NCBI RefSeq assembly: GCF_000016745.1
Contig: NC_009483.1
Coordinates: 2,820,001-2,852,000, forward strand
DNA: 32,000 nt
Direction: 5' to 3'
From: Geotalea uraniireducens Rf4
Lineage (GTDB): Bacteria > Desulfobacterota > Desulfuromonadia > Geobacterales > Geobacteraceae
The notes under the pieces are model-generated. The model was given only the letters and a program-made list of their open reading frames with translations, did not search any database and was not told the DNA's origin. Shown piece by piece: positions 17,656-25,074 of the stretch (position 1 is the first letter of the stretch; the number at the start of each line of letters is the position of its first letter). A program made the translations under genes and the position numbers.

Positions 17656-17764
17656 TCATGCATACCCGTTTCCATCCTCTCGCTACAATCCCCTATCCTA
17701 GAAGGGCAGGAAATATGCTTTCATGGCATCCTCCCGGGGCGTTATCTATGCCGCAGCGCGACGT

Positions 17765-18412
17765 TCACGGCTGGGGTGCAGTCCGCTCCCGGTCAGACAC
17801 CGTCCCCTCAAAAATCAGCGTCTCCCCCGTGAAGAACCTGCCGCTACCCTGGTGTTCCCAGAAGGTCTCCCTGCCGTCGCTGTAGCGTGCGCCTGAAGCG
17901 GATGGCGCGGCAGGCAGGGTCACACGACGCCCATCCGGCAGGGTAACGGTCACCAGGTTCCGGTCGAGGTCATAGGAAGCTGTTGCCGTTTTCCCATCCG
18001 CGGAACGATAGGTGGCAGTCGTTATGCGTGCTTCAGTAAGAACCGTCACCGTCAGGTCGAAACCTCGCAGCGGCGGGACCTCCTTTTCCCAGGAGCGGCG
18101 GTAGACCAACTTCACGGCTGACGTTCCCGGTTTGAGTGCAAAAACGCGGAAGGTGTACCGCCCGCCGGCACCGATGAGTGAAGAATCAAGCACAAAGGTC
18201 GGCTCGGGATCGGGCATCAGCACTATTCGATCGACATCGGCAAGCTCCCACGTATACCCGGTGGTCGGGTTGCCGTCCAGGGTGATAGAGATGGTCTCCC
18301 CGACAAGGACAGAAACGCTCCTGCCGCCGTCCTTCTCTGTCAGTTCGAGGGCTTTGGTAATGCAGGGAAACAGAAGTACGAGTAGCAGCGTGCACAGTGA
18401 CGCAAGGTTCAT
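17765..18412 (-). CDS. Exported fusion of a chagasin-type (I42) cysteine-protease inhibitor domain and a MliC-type lysozyme inhibitor domain
   Basis: Signal peptide MNLASLCTLLLVLLFPCITKA. Chagasin motifs GNPTTGYTWE, GAGG and RRSWE. The C-terminal half ATYRSADGKT..SGARYSDGRETFWEHQG matches the MliC/PliC pattern. ATG 18412 follows GGGGAGGG. Confidence 0.75.
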   Translation of the reverse strand: MNLASLCTLLLVLLFPCITKALELTEKDGGRSVSVLVGETISITLDGNPTTGYTWELADVDRIVLMPDPEPTFVLDSSLIGAGGRYTFRVFALKPGTSAVKLVYRRSWEKEVPPLRGFDLTVTVLTEARITTATYRSADGKTATASYDLDRNLVTVTLPDGRRVTLPAAPSASGARYSDGRETFWEHQGSGRFFTGETLIFEGTVSDRERTAPQP

Positions 18413-18552
18413 GTCATCCCTCCCCCATCGACGCTTGGAAACTAAATTATATCTTAAAAATTCAGCAGATAAAGACAGGTAGAAAAGTTTAATCAACTGG
18501 TTATAATATCAACAACGGGTAACGTGGACGAGAACGCCGGGAGGTGGCCACC

Positions 18553-18732
18553 ATGACGGATGCAGATGACGAAAAACTGGGCGAGAAGACGTCCCTGTAC
18601 TGTTCTGTCTGCGAAGAAGAGCGGACCTTCGTATGGGCAGTATGGAGTGGCGTGGAGTATTTTGGCTACCCACCGGAAAATGAATACGGCTGGGAGTGTA
18701 CCGTCTGTGGCAGTAAGGTTAGCGTGCCCTGA
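18553..18732 (+). CDS. Small zinc-ribbon protein (59 aa)
   Basis: GGAGG lies 8 nt upstream of ATG 18553. It has two CxxC pairs (CSVCEEE ... CTVCGSK). It lies 17 nt upstream of the CheR-like gene. Confidence 0.5.
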   Translation: MTDADDEKLGEKTSLYCSVCEEERTFVWAVWSGVEYFGYPPENEYGWECTVCGSKVSVP

Positions 18733-18749
18733 CCGCGTGACGGGACGGG

Positions 18750-19589
18750 ATGTCAGCGGAGGGGGGAGACGAGGCGGTGACCTTTGACCGGTTTCTCCAG
18801 GAAGCAGCCCTGCTTGAGGAGCTTGTATGGCGCAAGTACCGGCGTCGGTCGGCCCGCCACAGGGTCGAACTCCGCATGAAGGAGCTCGGTCTCGACGGTT
18901 TCGATGCCTACCTCGACCTCCTCCGCTCAGACCCGGAGGAGACGTCAGGGCTTGCCGACCTGATGCGGGTCACGGTGAGCCGTTTCTTCCGCGAGCGGGA
19001 ACAGTGGTCGACCCTTGCCGACAAGGTCATCCCCGCACTCCTTGCAGCGAAAACGGACGCGGATGTCCTCCGGGCCTGGAGCGCCGGCTGTTGCGGCGGG
19101 GAGGAGCCATACACGCTGGCGATGGTCTGGCTGGAGAGCATCGCCCCCTTTCATCCGGGGAGCGCAATCGAGATTATTGCCAGTGATATCGACGAGGCGA
19201 GCCTTGAGCGCGCCGGCGCCGCGCGTTACTACAGTAGTTCTCTGCGCGAAGTTCCGCCCGATGCTCGTGCGCGTTTCTTTATACGGGAAAAGGGGCTCTG
19301 GAGTCTTGCCGGTGAAGTGAAGGGGCTGGTGAGACTCGAACGACGGAACGTGATGAGCGATCCGCTTCCGTTCGGAATGGACCTTGTACTCTGCCGCTAC
19401 CTGGCATTCACCTACTACCGGGGCGAGCGGCTCCTTGCCGCGACGCTCCGCCTGTGGCAGGCCCTCAGGCCAGGAGGGGTTCTCATGGTGGGCAAGAAAG
19501 AGCGTCTTGCCGGGCCGTCGTCAGCTTTCTTCGAACCGTGGCCGGGATGCGATGGTTTTTACCGCAGGAAAGAGGTTCAATCGAACTAA
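18750..19589 (+). CDS. CheR-type SAM-dependent protein methyltransferase (orphan)
   Basis: CheR signature WSAGCCGGEEPYTLAM, followed by IIASDIDEASL and LVLCRYLAFTYY. No other che genes are in the window. The start is uncertain. Confidence 0.8.
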   Translation: MSAEGGDEAVTFDRFLQEAALLEELVWRKYRRRSARHRVELRMKELGLDGFDAYLDLLRSDPEETSGLADLMRVTVSRFFREREQWSTLADKVIPALLAAKTDADVLRAWSAGCCGGEEPYTLAMVWLESIAPFHPGSAIEIIASDIDEASLERAGAARYYSSSLREVPPDARARFFIREKGLWSLAGEVKGLVRLERRNVMSDPLPFGMDLVLCRYLAFTYYRGERLLAATLRLWQALRPGGVLMVGKKERLAGPSSAFFEPWPGCDGFYRRKEVQSN

Positions 19590-19631
19590 ATTGAAAGTAG
19601 CATTTAACCCTTCAGTTGCTGGTTTCAGCGA

Positions 19632-20009
19632 TCAGACCTGGATGACAAGCTCGGAGTATGCCGACAGAACCCCGTCCATCGTGACCAGGCGGAGCGGTTC
19701 GGAGATGGCTTGCGCGATCAGCATACGGTCGAAGGGATCTTTGTGATGATTGGCAAGCCCGGGGAGAGCAAGGGCGTGTTCGGGGGTTATCGGCAGAGGC
19801 TCGAAGCCGCTCGCGCGTATACCGGCCACTAGCTCGGCGGGGTCGGCTTCAAGCTTGCCGAGCCCGATCTTGATGACGGCCTCCCAGAGCGTTGCCGAGC
19901 TGATGTAGACGGTTTCAGCCTCTTGGATCATGGTCCGGGCAGCCATAGAAAGTTGGGGGGAGTCATCGAGCCACCAGAGGTAGATATGGGTATCGAGCAG
20001 GATTCTCAT
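19632..20009 (-). CDS. vapC: Type II toxin, PIN-domain VapC family
   Basis: MRILLDTHIYLWW (first acidic PIN residue) and ..DPFDRMLIAQA. 125 aa. ATGA overlap with the antitoxin gene. Confidence 0.9.
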   Translation of the reverse strand: MRILLDTHIYLWWLDDSPQLSMAARTMIQEAETVYISSATLWEAVIKIGLGKLEADPAELVAGIRASGFEPLPITPEHALALPGLANHHKDPFDRMLIAQAISEPLRLVTMDGVLSAYSELVIQV

Positions 20010-20245
20010 GCGCCAGCCTCGAAGGCATCGAGAACGTCATCGGGGAGAGGCGAGTCGAAGTCATCGGCAACCCTGATTTTCCCCTTCAGATAGCCGGGCC
20101 TGCGGACGGGCCTCTTCGCGCTATAGGGAACGAGCCGCGCCATAGGTTTATTCCCCCTGGCAATGACGACCTCTTCCCCCTCCTGGATCTCGTCAAGGAG
20201 ACGGGAGAGGTTTGTTTTCGCCTCATGCGTGTTGACGACCGCCAT
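20006..20245 (-). CDS. Type II antitoxin, Phd/YefM family
   Basis: MAVVNTHEAKTNLSRLLDEIQEGEEVVIARGNKPMARLVP is the canonical Phd/YefM N-terminus. 79 aa, directly upstream of vapC. Confidence 0.9.
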   Translation of the reverse strand: MAVVNTHEAKTNLSRLLDEIQEGEEVVIARGNKPMARLVPYSAKRPVRRPGYLKGKIRVADDFDSPLPDDVLDAFEAGA

Positions 20246-20477
20246 TGTCGCACCTCCATTAGCTTAGTCCAGTTTAGTTTACTGTGACCCGCGCACTTTG
20301 TCCACTATTTTGAAAGCCGAATACTCCGTTGAATCAGCTTCTCTCTTTTCCCCAGAATGCGGTCGGCAACAGGAAACGAACCGCTACATCGCCCGGCCCG
20401 CCGCCGCGACCGCCGCCGAACTCCACCAGTATTTCCATTAAATCCGAGCCCAAACTGAATCTCCCGAAAAAGTAAGT

Positions 20478-20915
20478 TTATTCTCTTTCCTCTTCCGTCA
20501 CTTTGTCCGCTTCGGCGTTACAGCGCTCTACCACTTCCCTGAGCCAGGCAATCTCATCGGGGAGAAACTGCTTTGAGTAGGGGGTGCCCACATTCAGCGC
20601 CCAGCGCAGTGGCGGCTGCGTCGTGGCGGCGAGCACATGCCCCGGCACCTCGACGCTGTCCACCTTGGCCTGCGCCCAGGCTTGCACACGCTCTTCGCTG
20701 TCGAAGAGCATCAGGTAGTCGTTTCCCTCCGACTCGATCACCAGCGGCAGCACCTGCCCTTCCGCACCACCTTCGCCTGCTTCAATCGCGTCCTGCTCGT
20801 TCAGGGTCGGGACGAAAAACGTGCTATTGAGGAAAAGATCATAAAACTTCGATTGGCTCTTGGCGTCGTTCATATCCTGGCGCAGGGTCTCCAGCGCCTT
20901 GTCCATTTCTGTCAT
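20478..20915 (-). CDS. SseB-family protein
   Basis: ..FYDLFLNSTFFVP....LPLVIESEGNDYLMLFDSEERVQAW.. matches the SseB N-terminal domain pattern. AAGGAG lies 7 nt upstream of ATG 20915. Confidence 0.65.
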   Translation of the reverse strand: MTEMDKALETLRQDMNDAKSQSKFYDLFLNSTFFVPTLNEQDAIEAGEGGAEGQVLPLVIESEGNDYLMLFDSEERVQAWAQAKVDSVEVPGHVLAATTQPPLRWALNVGTPYSKQFLPDEIAWLREVVERCNAEADKVTEEERE

Positions 20916-20991
20916 GGTTAACTCCTTTCGTTGCTTCATTGTTGTGGGGACGACCCGGCGCCCTCCCCTTCAGACTTCCTTCCCCTTTTAT

Positions 20992-21100
20992 CGTAGGGGC
21001 GCGGGCTTGCCCCACCCTGTTTTGATTGATTTTAAAATCCGAAACAAAGACACCTCAAAGGCGGACACCCAAAGACGGGCGGGCCAAGGCCGCGCCCCTA
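20992..21100. repeat. REP/MITE-like GC-rich palindromic element
   Basis: GTAGGGGCGCGG (20992-21003) is the exact reverse complement of CCGCGCCCCTAC (21089-21100). Each arm also folds locally (GGGGCgcgggcttGCCCC; GGCCaaGGCC core). Confidence 0.4.
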
Positions 21101-21125
21101 CAGGAGCTTACAAACACCATTCCTG

Positions 21126-21359
21126 CTAGTGGAAAGGGTGGTTAGTGGCAGGCACGAGGAGTTGCCCAACTGTCCCGCCGATGACCATAATGAACTCGCC
21201 AAAGTATCCGAACAGAAGGTGACCGGCCTCGTGGACTATCAGGTCAACCCGGTCGAGAAAACTTCCGTCCTCGAAGCTTCGGGCGCAGATGAAGCCGTAA
21301 ATCGCAAGCAGGACCGCTAAGCATGCCTTCGCGCAGTTGAGTTTTCTTTCAGTTGCCAT
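21126..21359 (-). CDS. Short membrane protein with an HExxH motif, possibly a truncated metalloprotease remnant
   Basis: One TM (CLAVLLAIYGFICA), then VHEAGHLLFGYFGEFIMVIGGTVGQLLVP, which resembles the start of small M50-like zinc proteases. It stops after 77 aa right next to the REP-like element. No SD is visible. Confidence 0.35.
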   Translation of the reverse strand: MATERKLNCAKACLAVLLAIYGFICARSFEDGSFLDRVDLIVHEAGHLLFGYFGEFIMVIGGTVGQLLVPATNHPFH

Positions 21360-21557
21360 ATTGGTCAGCTACTTCGAACTAGCATAAATTTGTTCGTACT
21401 TTAACGCGAATAGACTGATTTATAAAGCATGTAGGATAAATTATGAAATAAAAACAGATTATCAGGGCAAGTTGTAAACTTGATTACAGCAGATAGATAA
21501 ACAGACAAGAGCGTCCCCCGTGGTTTCCGATGGGTGCTCCGGTACCTATTGTTACCT

Positions 21558-21591
21558 AAAAATAAAAAAACTTCACGTTAAAACCGTGAAG
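21558..21591 (-). terminator. Rho-independent terminator downstream of the MBL hydrolase gene (bidirectional shape)
   Basis: Stem CTTCACG/CGTGAAG (21571-21577 / 21585-21591) with a 7-nt loop. On the minus strand it is followed by TTTTTTTATTTT. On the plus strand it is followed by TTTTGATTTT. Confidence 0.6.
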
Positions 21592-21603
21592 TTTTGATTT
21601 TCT

Positions 21604-21626
21604 TGGAGCGGGAAACGAGATTCGAA
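21604..21626 (-). other. tRNA-Gly 3'-end remnant (att-like site), not a complete tRNA
   Basis: The reverse complement is TTCGAATCTCGTTTCCCGCTCCA: T-loop, 3' T-stem, 3' acceptor strand, discriminator and CCA. It is near-identical to the 3' end of E. coli tRNA-Gly(GCC) as remembered (..TTCGAGTCTCGTTTCCCGCTCCA). The 5' T-stem partner and the rest of the tRNA are missing. Confidence 0.55.
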
Positions 21627-21640
21627 ATAGTCACACGTGA

Positions 21641-22906
21641 TCAACTCTTCTTCGTAGTACATGCTCTGTAAAGGTCCGCCGGAATGACATTTGCGAGAAG
21701 GGTGTTGTTAAACTGGGCTAGTGGACCATGATATTTGGGATGCGCCAGTGTTCCTTTGAGTGGGTCACCTTTATACCATGGATAATCCGGAACGACAGCC
21801 ATGGCCTGTTGAATCGTCTTATCCTTGTTGATAGTGATTACCAGCAGATCCGTGGCGATGGTAACATCACCACCGTAAAAGCAGCGAATATCAGCGTAGG
21901 CTGGATCGATGAGATCCGGATCATTCGGGAAATGTGTGGCCACTCCCAACCTGGGCTGGGTCTGGCTCATAATATAGCCGAAAGCTGATTGCAAGGTGTG
22001 GGAGTTCTCAATTACTTCTGCATTTAACGCTAGTACCTTGTAATAGCCTTCATCCCCTGGTTTGAGTCCTGTCTCCTTGGTTGTCCAGACGTCGGCGGGA
22101 GCGGCCATCTCATGGATCAGTATGTCAACCCCTTGTGCATGCTCAAGCACATAGTTGTTGGGCTTCGTGTCTCCGGTAAATACCATTGAGATCCCATTCC
22201 ACTCCAACTTGTAGCTAATGGAGCCATCCCGTGCATGTATGGCCGGAAAATGGGAGATTTTCACACCATTTTTGTGATAGGCAATACCCGGGTTTTTCAT
22301 GTAGCGCAACTCTTTGACTTTTAAATCGTAGCCATCACCGTCCCCTTTGTAGCCGGTAGGCAGGAAACTGAAGCTCTCCCGATGCCACTTAGCCATCTCC
22401 AGCAATTTCTTGCAGAAGAACCACGTCCCTTCGTTTTTCGTATCTCCGCTCGGCCCCCACACATTGAGAGCGCTTTTGCGGTCAGACGCGGGGCCAAAAC
22501 AGTAAATGGTCGTAAGATCGCTCATGTGATCCCCGTGCAAGTGGGTCAGAAACACCTTGTCCATCCTGCTGTATGGCACCCCCAGAGCAACATATTTGGC
22601 CACAACGCCTGATCCGCAGTCAAAGACGAACTGGTCCAAAGGCTTCCCGTTTTCACCGCCACCCACCTCGACATAGATACTGTTGCAAGCCTGGTTGATC
22701 CGGGGTGTATACCAGGTTCCACAAAATGTTATGCGCATCTCATCCGGCCCCAATGCTGTTCCAGGCTGGAAGCTCTGGTTTAATGTCTGCTGGCCGTTAG
22801 TATCTCCGGATGCAAGTGCCACTTGCCCGAGAGCATTGCCCGCTATGCATGCTCCGATTCCTAACCCGGAGATTTTCAACATGTCCCGACGTGAGATCTT
22901 TCCCAT
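21641..22906 (-). CDS. Tat-exported MBL-fold metallo-hydrolase
   Basis: AGGAGG lies 6 nt upstream of ATG 22906. Twin-arginine signal is MGKISRRDMLKISGLGIGACIAGNALGQVALA. The metallo-beta-lactamase motif is THLHGDHMSD. It is visibly lower in GC than the left 21 kb. Confidence 0.85.
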   Translation of the reverse strand: MGKISRRDMLKISGLGIGACIAGNALGQVALASGDTNGQQTLNQSFQPGTALGPDEMRITFCGTWYTPRINQACNSIYVEVGGGENGKPLDQFVFDCGSGVVAKYVALGVPYSRMDKVFLTHLHGDHMSDLTTIYCFGPASDRKSALNVWGPSGDTKNEGTWFFCKKLLEMAKWHRESFSFLPTGYKGDGDGYDLKVKELRYMKNPGIAYHKNGVKISHFPAIHARDGSISYKLEWNGISMVFTGDTKPNNYVLEHAQGVDILIHEMAAPADVWTTKETGLKPGDEGYYKVLALNAEVIENSHTLQSAFGYIMSQTQPRLGVATHFPNDPDLIDPAYADIRCFYGGDVTIATDLLVITINKDKTIQQAMAVVPDYPWYKGDPLKGTLAHPKYHGPLAQFNNTLLANVIPADLYRACTTKKS

Positions 22907-23022
22907 AACGTCCTCCTTTGTGTTTTTAAAATCTAAACACATCCCGATTGTAAACCCGACTCGTTTTCTCTTTCAGCACTCGCGCTGTGTATCAAGAGTC
23001 TTGGCTTGCCGTATTCTCGTTT

Positions 23023-23073
23023 AAAAAAACAAAGGCCGAGCAAACCAAAGGAACAACCTTCGGCAGCCCGGCC
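23023..23073 (-). terminator. Intrinsic terminator forming the expression platform of the riboswitch
   Basis: Minus strand: GGCCGGGCUGCCGAAGG-UUGUU-CCUUUGGUUUGCUCGGCC (imperfect long hairpin), then UUUGUUUUUUU (23033-23023). It lies 117 nt upstream of the MBL start codon. Confidence 0.6.
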
Positions 23074-23136
23074 ATCTTCATCTGAAGACCCGTTGCTTTC
23101 CGCCCCCCTCTCACGAAAGGTTTGGCTTTTTCGGTA
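23055..23136 (-). promoter_or_regulatory. c-di-GMP-I (GEMM-I)-type riboswitch aptamer
   Basis: Minus-strand RNA: UACCGAAAAAG-CC-AAA-CCUUUC-GUGA-GAGGGG-GG-CGG-A-AAGCAACGGGUCUUCAGAUGAAGAUGGCCGGGCUG-C-CGAAGGUU. The core aligns with Vc2 from memory (G-GC-AAA-CCAUUC-GAAA-GAGUGG-GA-CGC-A-AAGCC...GGGGUUA-C-CGAUGG). It has a GNRA tetraloop, an AAA bulge, and a compensatory GC>CC / GC>GG pair. Confidence 0.7.
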
Positions 23137-23172
23137 TATAGATTAACTATCGTAGATATAACATTAAAAATC

Positions 23173-23200
23173 ATTATATCTCTAAGATAGTTCTCGTCAA
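23173..23200 (-). promoter_or_regulatory. Near-consensus sigma70 promoter driving the riboswitch leader
   Basis: Minus strand: TTGACG (23200-23195), 16-nt spacer, TATAAT (23178-23173). The predicted TSS is about 30 nt before the aptamer. Confidence 0.55.
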
Positions 23201-23478
23201 TACTAGCTGTCGACTTATCTGGATTTCAGGGAGATGCCGCTGAATGGATGGAGACAGTTAGGGTGACTTGAAAGTTTGAGTACGCAGGCTCTAATCAAGT
23301 TATCAAGAAAGTATCTGACACGTTCCTTTCCTTGATCGCCTGGCTGTCATGGCGGGAGTGGTGGAGGCGTCAGGGAAGGCCAGAGAAGATTGTTTGAAAT
23401 TAACCTTTGCCGTTATATACTTAGAACGCCAAACATTGAGCGATCAGGAGACGGAAAGAAGCATACTAAGGAGTCATT

Positions 23479-23643
23479 ATGATAACAGACCAATCAGAAT
23501 GGAAAGTCAAAGCATCTCTGAAACCAGGACAGAAGGGTACCTTAAAACAGTATGAGGAGTTCGGCGATAAACTCTTCTGCGTCAGGTACCGCTATAAAGA
23601 CGGATTCAGAATTAAAACTGTAGAAATAAGCCAAGGTCTCTAA
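23479..23643 (+). CDS. Small conserved-looking ORF (54 aa), unknown function
   Basis: Below the ORF-track cutoff. AAGGAG lies 6 nt upstream of the ATG. MITDQSEWKVKASLKPGQKGTLKQYEEFGDKLFCVRYRYKDGFRIKTVEISQGL. The ..PGQ.GT...Y....L.CVRYRY......KTVE.. pattern resembles small hypothetical proteins seen near mobile DNA (from memory). Confidence 0.4.
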   Translation: MITDQSEWKVKASLKPGQKGTLKQYEEFGDKLFCVRYRYKDGFRIKTVEISQGL

Positions 23644-23679
23644 AAGGTAATGCAAGGGTTATTAAGATAGATGTTTAGT

Positions 23680-25014
23680 CAGTAACTTCCGGTTAGGTTT
23701 TTGCACGACGTTTCTTACGTTTCAACTGTCTAATTTTGTTTGAGTTACCTTGTATTCTTGTGCGACGGCTCTGCTGTTCGGCTGCTGCTTCATTTGCAAT
23801 CTGATTGCGTAATTCTCGTACCCTGCTAATGCTGACTGGCTCCTGGTGCTGCTCACGGCAATAGATGGCTAGCAGCAGATAGGTGATGAGACCACCAAGT
23901 ATTTGAACCATGAGACCATATTCGCTTCTGGCAATCAGGTGATACACCTTTAGGTGGCGTTTCCACCAACCGAAGAAGGTCTCTATGTTCCAGCGCAGTT
24001 TATAAACCTGGGCCACTTCTTCAGCCGTCAGGTCGTATCTGTTGGTTGCTACCCAGTAGTCCTTGCCGTCAATACGGTAACCAACAAGGCGCAGCTCTTT
24101 CTCAGTCTGGTTTATACCTTTGGTGCCGAGAAGTACTATCTGGTCATAGAAGACAATACTGTCAGGATTTACGGCATTCTCTCTGATGACGGTTTTGTGT
24201 GTATTCTCCCTGATACGGCAGACAAAAAACTTCTCGGCGGCCTGCCACTGGTCAAAGTGATTATGAGACTGATACCCACGATCCATGACACCGGTTTCGC
24301 CTTTGTCGATGATCTTATCAACAAAGGGGCGCTCACCCTCTTTACCGTCGGTCAGGAATATCTTCCTTGGAATACCACGGTTGATATCGAAGCCGATATG
24401 GGCCTTGGCCTTCTTAGAGCCGCTTCGGTAATCTGCCCATTCCATAGATAGAACAGCATCTATCAAAGAACCGTCTATGGATACCAGATTGCCAAGGTGA
24501 GCATATTCATCGGGAAGCACTCTGCCTGCTTGCTTGACAAGATGCCCGAATACCTCGGAAAGCTGTTCAAGACCACGGTTGTTGATTGCCTCAAAGAAAG
24601 AGCTCTTTTTGATTCCCTTGGGGGGAGCAACACATTCCTTGGCGAAGTCATCCTGATCCAGCGCCTGGAGAAGTTCGCTCCCGGAAGAGAACTCTTCCAA
24701 GTGATAAAAGATCAGGGCTTTTAGCTGATCATCGAAAGTCATTTGCAACGGGCGATACCCCCTGGATTCAAGTTCATTATCTGACTTGAATCTCTCAAAA
24801 ATCGGGGTAAGAAGCAATTTGAAAGCGCGTGATTTTCGTCTTTGTTTCAGTCGTTTGAACGGTCGCATATCGTAACTCCTGTAATATTGGATAGTTACGA
24901 GTGCGGACCACCGTTTTTTTACTCAAAGTCAAGCAAATAATGCGGTATAACGCTGATTTTACAACTTTTTTACATTCTCAAAGAACCTTGCAAAGACCAA
25001 ACCGGACAATGCTG
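23680..25014 (-). mobile_element. IS4-family insertion sequence (1335 bp) with 9-bp target-site duplication
   Basis: The direct repeat ATGTTTAGT is at 23671-23679 and 25015-25023. Imperfect terminal IRs are CAGTAACTTCCGGTTAGGTTTTTGC (left) and CAGCATTGTCCGGTTTGGTCTTTGC (right, reverse complement). There is a single DDE transposase ORF. Confidence 0.85.
23693..24868 (-). CDS. IS4-family DDE transposase
   Basis: 391 aa with DDE_Tnp_1-like segments (..VSIDGS.., ..GVMDRGY.., ..YKLRWNIETFFGWWKRHL..). The stop codon lies inside the left IR. Confidence 0.9.
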   Translation of the reverse strand: MRPFKRLKQRRKSRAFKLLLTPIFERFKSDNELESRGYRPLQMTFDDQLKALIFYHLEEFSSGSELLQALDQDDFAKECVAPPKGIKKSSFFEAINNRGLEQLSEVFGHLVKQAGRVLPDEYAHLGNLVSIDGSLIDAVLSMEWADYRSGSKKAKAHIGFDINRGIPRKIFLTDGKEGERPFVDKIIDKGETGVMDRGYQSHNHFDQWQAAEKFFVCRIRENTHKTVIRENAVNPDSIVFYDQIVLLGTKGINQTEKELRLVGYRIDGKDYWVATNRYDLTAEEVAQVYKLRWNIETFFGWWKRHLKVYHLIARSEYGLMVQILGGLITYLLLAIYCREQHQEPVSISRVRELRNQIANEAAAEQQSRRTRIQGNSNKIRQLKRKKRRAKT

Positions 25015-25074
25015 ATGTTTAGTAGACTATGTGGGGTTCCTGATAAAATGAAATTAAATCCTTTTAAATATGAA

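Noticed and set aside
15617-17832. 459-aa and 437-aa plus-strand ORFs opposite sufB/D and sufC
   Set aside because: They are GC third-position artefacts (Pro/Arg/Gly-rich). The minus-strand products carry Walker motifs and the SufBD core.
22992-23174. 60-aa minus-strand ORF upstream of the MBL gene
   Set aside because: It lies across the promoter-proximal leader, the GEMM-I-like aptamer and the terminator. It has no RBS, and the RNA-structure explanation accounts for the sequence much better.
23349-23555. 68-aa plus-strand ORF
   Set aside because: It has no RBS and overlaps, out of frame, the better-supported 54-aa ORF at 23479..23643, which has AAGGAG at optimal spacing.
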